Made by a program: the position numbers and the translations under genes. The notes beneath the pieces are model-generated. The model did not search any database. It had not been told where the DNA came from and saw only the letters and a list, made by a program, of their open reading frames with translations. From Chrysomallon squamiferum (taxonomy: Eukaryota; Animalia; Mollusca): DNA of 64,000 nucleotides. The stretch's first letter is position 1; each line of letters starts with the position of its first letter. The stretch is from assembly GCA_012295275.1 (NCBI GenBank), contig CM022669.1, forward strand, positions 3,720,001-3,784,000. The letters are read 5' to 3'. This document shows positions 60,144 through 64,000 of this stretch, piece by piece.

Positions 60144-63100
60144 TAATAATAATGATAATAATAATGAATGTTTCCTAGTTTACATTCATTATTATTTCAA
60201 CACTCTCTACAATTTGTACAGAAAAAAAAATGTGTCAATAATAAAATTGATTTCTAAAATGCAGTAGATACTATGTTGCTATGACACCTTTAAAAAAAAC
60301 CTTTTAATTTAGGCATCTTATGGGCAATAAGAAAAAAAAAAAAACCCAGATAATACTGCTCCAGCACAATGTATTATAACACACAGTATTTACCTGGATT
60401 GTTTCAATCATGCTGGCTGCATAGAATGGTGTTGTTACCAAAAAGGACAAACTGAAATTTAAAATAATCCCTATGATGTATCAGACAAAACCAGAAACTG
60501 CAGGGCAATGGTTTTAAAAATATCCCTAAAAATCAGATCAGAATACTCTGCTTGCTTCCAACATCTTATTTTCATTTTTCTTCTCTGAATTAAAAATATT
60601 TCACTATTTCCAACAAATATATAGATCTGAAATACCTTTGAAAAATATATTTTCTCCAAATTTTGAATAAGTTTCATTAGAATTATTAAAAATGTTAAAT
60701 TAAAAAGAAGAAATACAAAAATTTGAGGATGATTATGAAAATGATAATGGTGTCAATAACAACAACAACAATAATAATGATAATAATAAATAGTAAAATA
60801 TTATGGGTTTTTTTGTTTAGCATATAAATTTAATTTTCAGCCATAAATGCAATACTCTTTCAGAACCAAAGAAAAAAATCAATAATGAGAAGAGACAAGT
60901 CATGATGCTAACTGCAGTAAGTTCCCTTTGTTCTTACACATTTGAATCCATTATTAAAAAGCTGTTTAGTTTATCAGTCTTATCCTCTTTTACCACAAAT
61001 GATAAACTGATCATGAAAAAATATCTGCATCTTGTTAATAATTTATTATGTGTGTAAGATTTGGCTCTAATTTTAAAAAAAAAAAATAACCAGCACTTAA
61101 CAGAAACTGATTCCAGCTTTAAATATTTTCTATTCATTTTATTCAATATACTTACTGATGGGATAACAAAATAATGTCCTTTTTAAAATGTTAATAATTG
61201 TCTTTATTCTTTATGTTGTAATTGGTCAGTTATGTCATGTGACCATTTAACATACACCCCTAACCACCAAAATCAACAAAATTAAAAAATTAAAAATAAT
61301 TAAAAGTAATAATAATAATCATAATGTATCAAATGTGTCTACCTTGGTATTTTGTACAGAGAAATTAAAAGAGAGAAAACAACAATGAATAAAACACAAA
61401 CAATAGATAATAGATAATAATAATAATAATACTGACAACTATAAAAAGGATGAAGATAGCTTTGAATGGCTTATAATATAAATTAGATGTAAAATACCTT
61501 TTCAGAAGAAGATGTTGCCCGTACTTCTTTAGTGAGCTATGTCTTGACACTTCTCTAATTTAGAAAAAAAAAAAAAATTAAATTTCACCCATGAAAATTG
61601 TACAGATGTTATCTACATTTCTAATAAATTATATTAACTATTTATTTTAATAATGTGTCATATGCATGAATATTTTGTAATGTTTCATGACAAAAGATAT
61701 ATCAGTTTTTGGATATCTTGTTTTGTGAAATGTTTTCCTGTTATGCCAGATAGTATATATATAAGGCATTCCTCTGTTAAACTGAAAAATGCTGATGCAT
61801 AGAAAGAACTTGTTAATGAAGTAAGTATGAATAATTATTTCTATTTTTAAAAAAGATCAAGAAGTAATTTAAAACTCACTTTGGAAATGGAGTTACTTCA
61901 CTGATAAAAGTTTCACTGACCATAAATATTCCCTTGGTGACAAAGACACTCCCAAACCCCTTCCACAGTGTTGTCATACCCTGCATGTTAAAAACAAATA
62001 AAAAATTAAAAAGAGCTAAAAAATATAATATATAATATATATATAATAATAATAAAAAAGTAATTTTTGTTTTCTAATTATCTTAGAGCAGCAGTTTTTA
62101 ACCTATGATATGACATTTGTTATTTGGGTTACAAATGACAACATTTTTACACTGCACTGATGAATTACTTTAATGCTGTTACTTTTTTTCTGAAACACAG
62201 GAGTAAAGAAAAGTTAGTGGTATAAGGCCTTAGAAATATTAAAGATGAATGTCTTAGAGGATAGAGATTCTCAATAGTGCTTCAAGTATTAAAAAAATAT
62301 ACTAAACACTGTTTGTTTTAAATAATTTGTTTTCAAAGTGCAGTCGTTAATATTAATATATTTAGTAATTGGAACAAACAAACAAACAAACAAATCAATA
62401 AATAAATCAACAGATAAATAATTACAACCTGGTGTCTCTGCATGTTGAGTATCACTTGGAAGAGAGTCAGTGGTGTCAGATGGAACCATTCTCCATTGTG
62501 GTGGACCTATCAAGGAAAAATAATTAATTCTATTGCCATTTTACTTGTTTATTTTTAAATAAATGATATTACAGGAATTTATATACTGCATAGCAATGAC
62601 AGGTCTAGCTAAAACAGTTTCTATTCCATTCTATCTACAGTGTCTATTCCATTGTGTATGTATAGTTTCACAACGGTTTCTTTTTTTTTAAAGTTATATT
62701 TTGGTAATTCATCATCTGTTTGGTAATTATATTTTAATTAAATAATATAATAATGAATGATGAAGTTACAACATTTTAAAGAAAGGAACAGACAGAGAAG
62801 ATGAAAAAAGAAGTACAAATAAAAATAATTTTTTCTTTTGAAATTTCAATTATCAAAAAGCCCCAAAGAAAAACAAATTAAAAGACAAATAAAAATAATT
62901 TACATTTAGCTGAAATGTATCATTTCATTAGGCTAGATAATCTTTTATTTATTTTACTAATAATTTAGACTATTTAATAAAACTAATAAAATAAAATTGT
63001 AATGCTGGCGTCAATTACCAATAACACAATAAATAAAGATGACTGACAGTACCTGACATTGTCTTCGGAGAACAATACACGGGTGTGAAAGAACTTGTTC

Positions 63101-63479
63101 AGCAAATATACTGTAAATTAAAATACAAGTAAAAATATCACTGAAACAATACAATCAGAAACAACACAATATATTTAACTTTTATACATTCATGAATTTA
63201 ATCTAAGAAAGCACAATCAACAATGAATAAAAAGGCTACTCCTAACAAAACAGTTATTCTTAATGTTTGTATGATTGGCCTATATATTTTTATTTGCCAT
63301 CCATATATATGAACAAAATATTACTAAACAATTCTGTAACAAAAAAAACCAAATAAACCAAATGCATCTTAACTTTATACCATTAAAATTAATTTCTGTC
63401 AGGTGTTTATCTCTGTGTATGTGTGTTTGTCTTTACCTTGAAAGTCCAATGCTGAAGCCAGCAAATTTTTGAACTTGAT
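54894..63479 (-). CDS. SLC25A46: Mitochondrial outer-membrane carrier-family protein SLC25A46; 5' end outside the window; two 1-bp frameshifts as assembled
   Basis: Exons (minus strand) 63479-63437, 63110-63053, 62506-62429, 61980-61880, 61554-61498, 60451-60394, 59434-59220, 58498-58085 (or read on to the stop at 58077), plus putative 56797-56747 and 54910-54894. Motifs: [98 protein letters not shown]. Confidence 0.92.
55778..55990 (+). repeat. Diverged dispersed repeat, copy 2
   Basis: Aligns by eye with 51931-52150, same orientation. Confidence 0.7.
57500..57950. repeat. Highly degenerate ~40-bp tandem repeat in SLC25A46 intron
   Basis: Recurrent tgttat(c/t)a.caactgat.aa..aa.aatcac.ctt-like units. 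Confidence 0.45.
59445..59780. repeat. ~60-bp AT-rich minisatellite in SLC25A46 intron
   Basis: About five units of aaaacaatattaacaatattttaaaacagtaacat..ttataact.tattaacag.atttt. Confidence 0.8.
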
Positions 63480-64000
63480 CTGCAAAGATATTTTTTTTTA
63501 ATTTAATAAATATGTTCAAGAATAAACTGGATTTATCACCATACTATTTAAGAATGTCATTATTATTATTATTATTTTTTAAACAGTATTTTATTTTCTT
63601 CAATTGTTTATAAATTAAACATTACAAAAAAAGAAAAGAAAAAAAAAGATGAATGTATGGATAATGTTACACATCAACTCTAGCATGGATGCAGCAATTA
63701 TTCAAATGTATATGATTTTTCTTTCTTGATCAAACTAATAACTTCCTGTTATTTCCAAAATGCAATAGTTACCACTGGAAGGGTTCCCTTAAATGATCAA
63801 TAAAAAATAAATAAATAAAAAGTCTTATGATATTTAAACTTGAATGCACTGTTTATAATGTTTACATTAAATACAAAATACAAAATACAAAACAAAACAA
63901 ATAAAATAAATAAATTTAACCGTTTACCAATTTGCTTTCCTTGTTTAACTTTTGATGTATTTAACTGTTCAATGCCAATTTCATCTCTCTTTTGATTCAG

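Overview
AT-rich, microsatellite-dense animal genomic DNA with spliceosomal GT-AG introns; the gene content fits a mollusc-like invertebrate, but the taxon cannot be fixed from sequence alone. Most long ORFs in the track are microsatellite artefacts. Manual splicing gives: (1) the 5' coding end of a minus-strand coiled-coil gene at the left edge; (2) a ~7.6-kb tandem duplication carrying two Cys-less (Pro-loop) pentameric ligand-gated ion channel genes, with a HAX1 promoter/exon-1 copy between them; (3) HAX1; (4) a gliomedin/colmedin-type transmembrane collagen-olfactomedin gene; (5) a secreted PAN/Apple + four-blade hemopexin protein; (6) the 3' part of SLC25A46, with two 1-bp homopolymer frameshifts; and (7) a Tx1/L1-type ORF1 relic and several minisatellites. 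Three hypotheses stand out. The channel pair lacks a signal peptide and the Cys-loop disulfide and has a polybasic tail after M4, which would fit an inverted membrane topology. The gliomedin gene has an apparent hidden alternative exon that swaps the olfactomedin domain for a GPI-anchor-like tail. The PAN-hemopexin fusion is an unusual domain architecture. All gene models are hand-derived, without transcript data or database searches.
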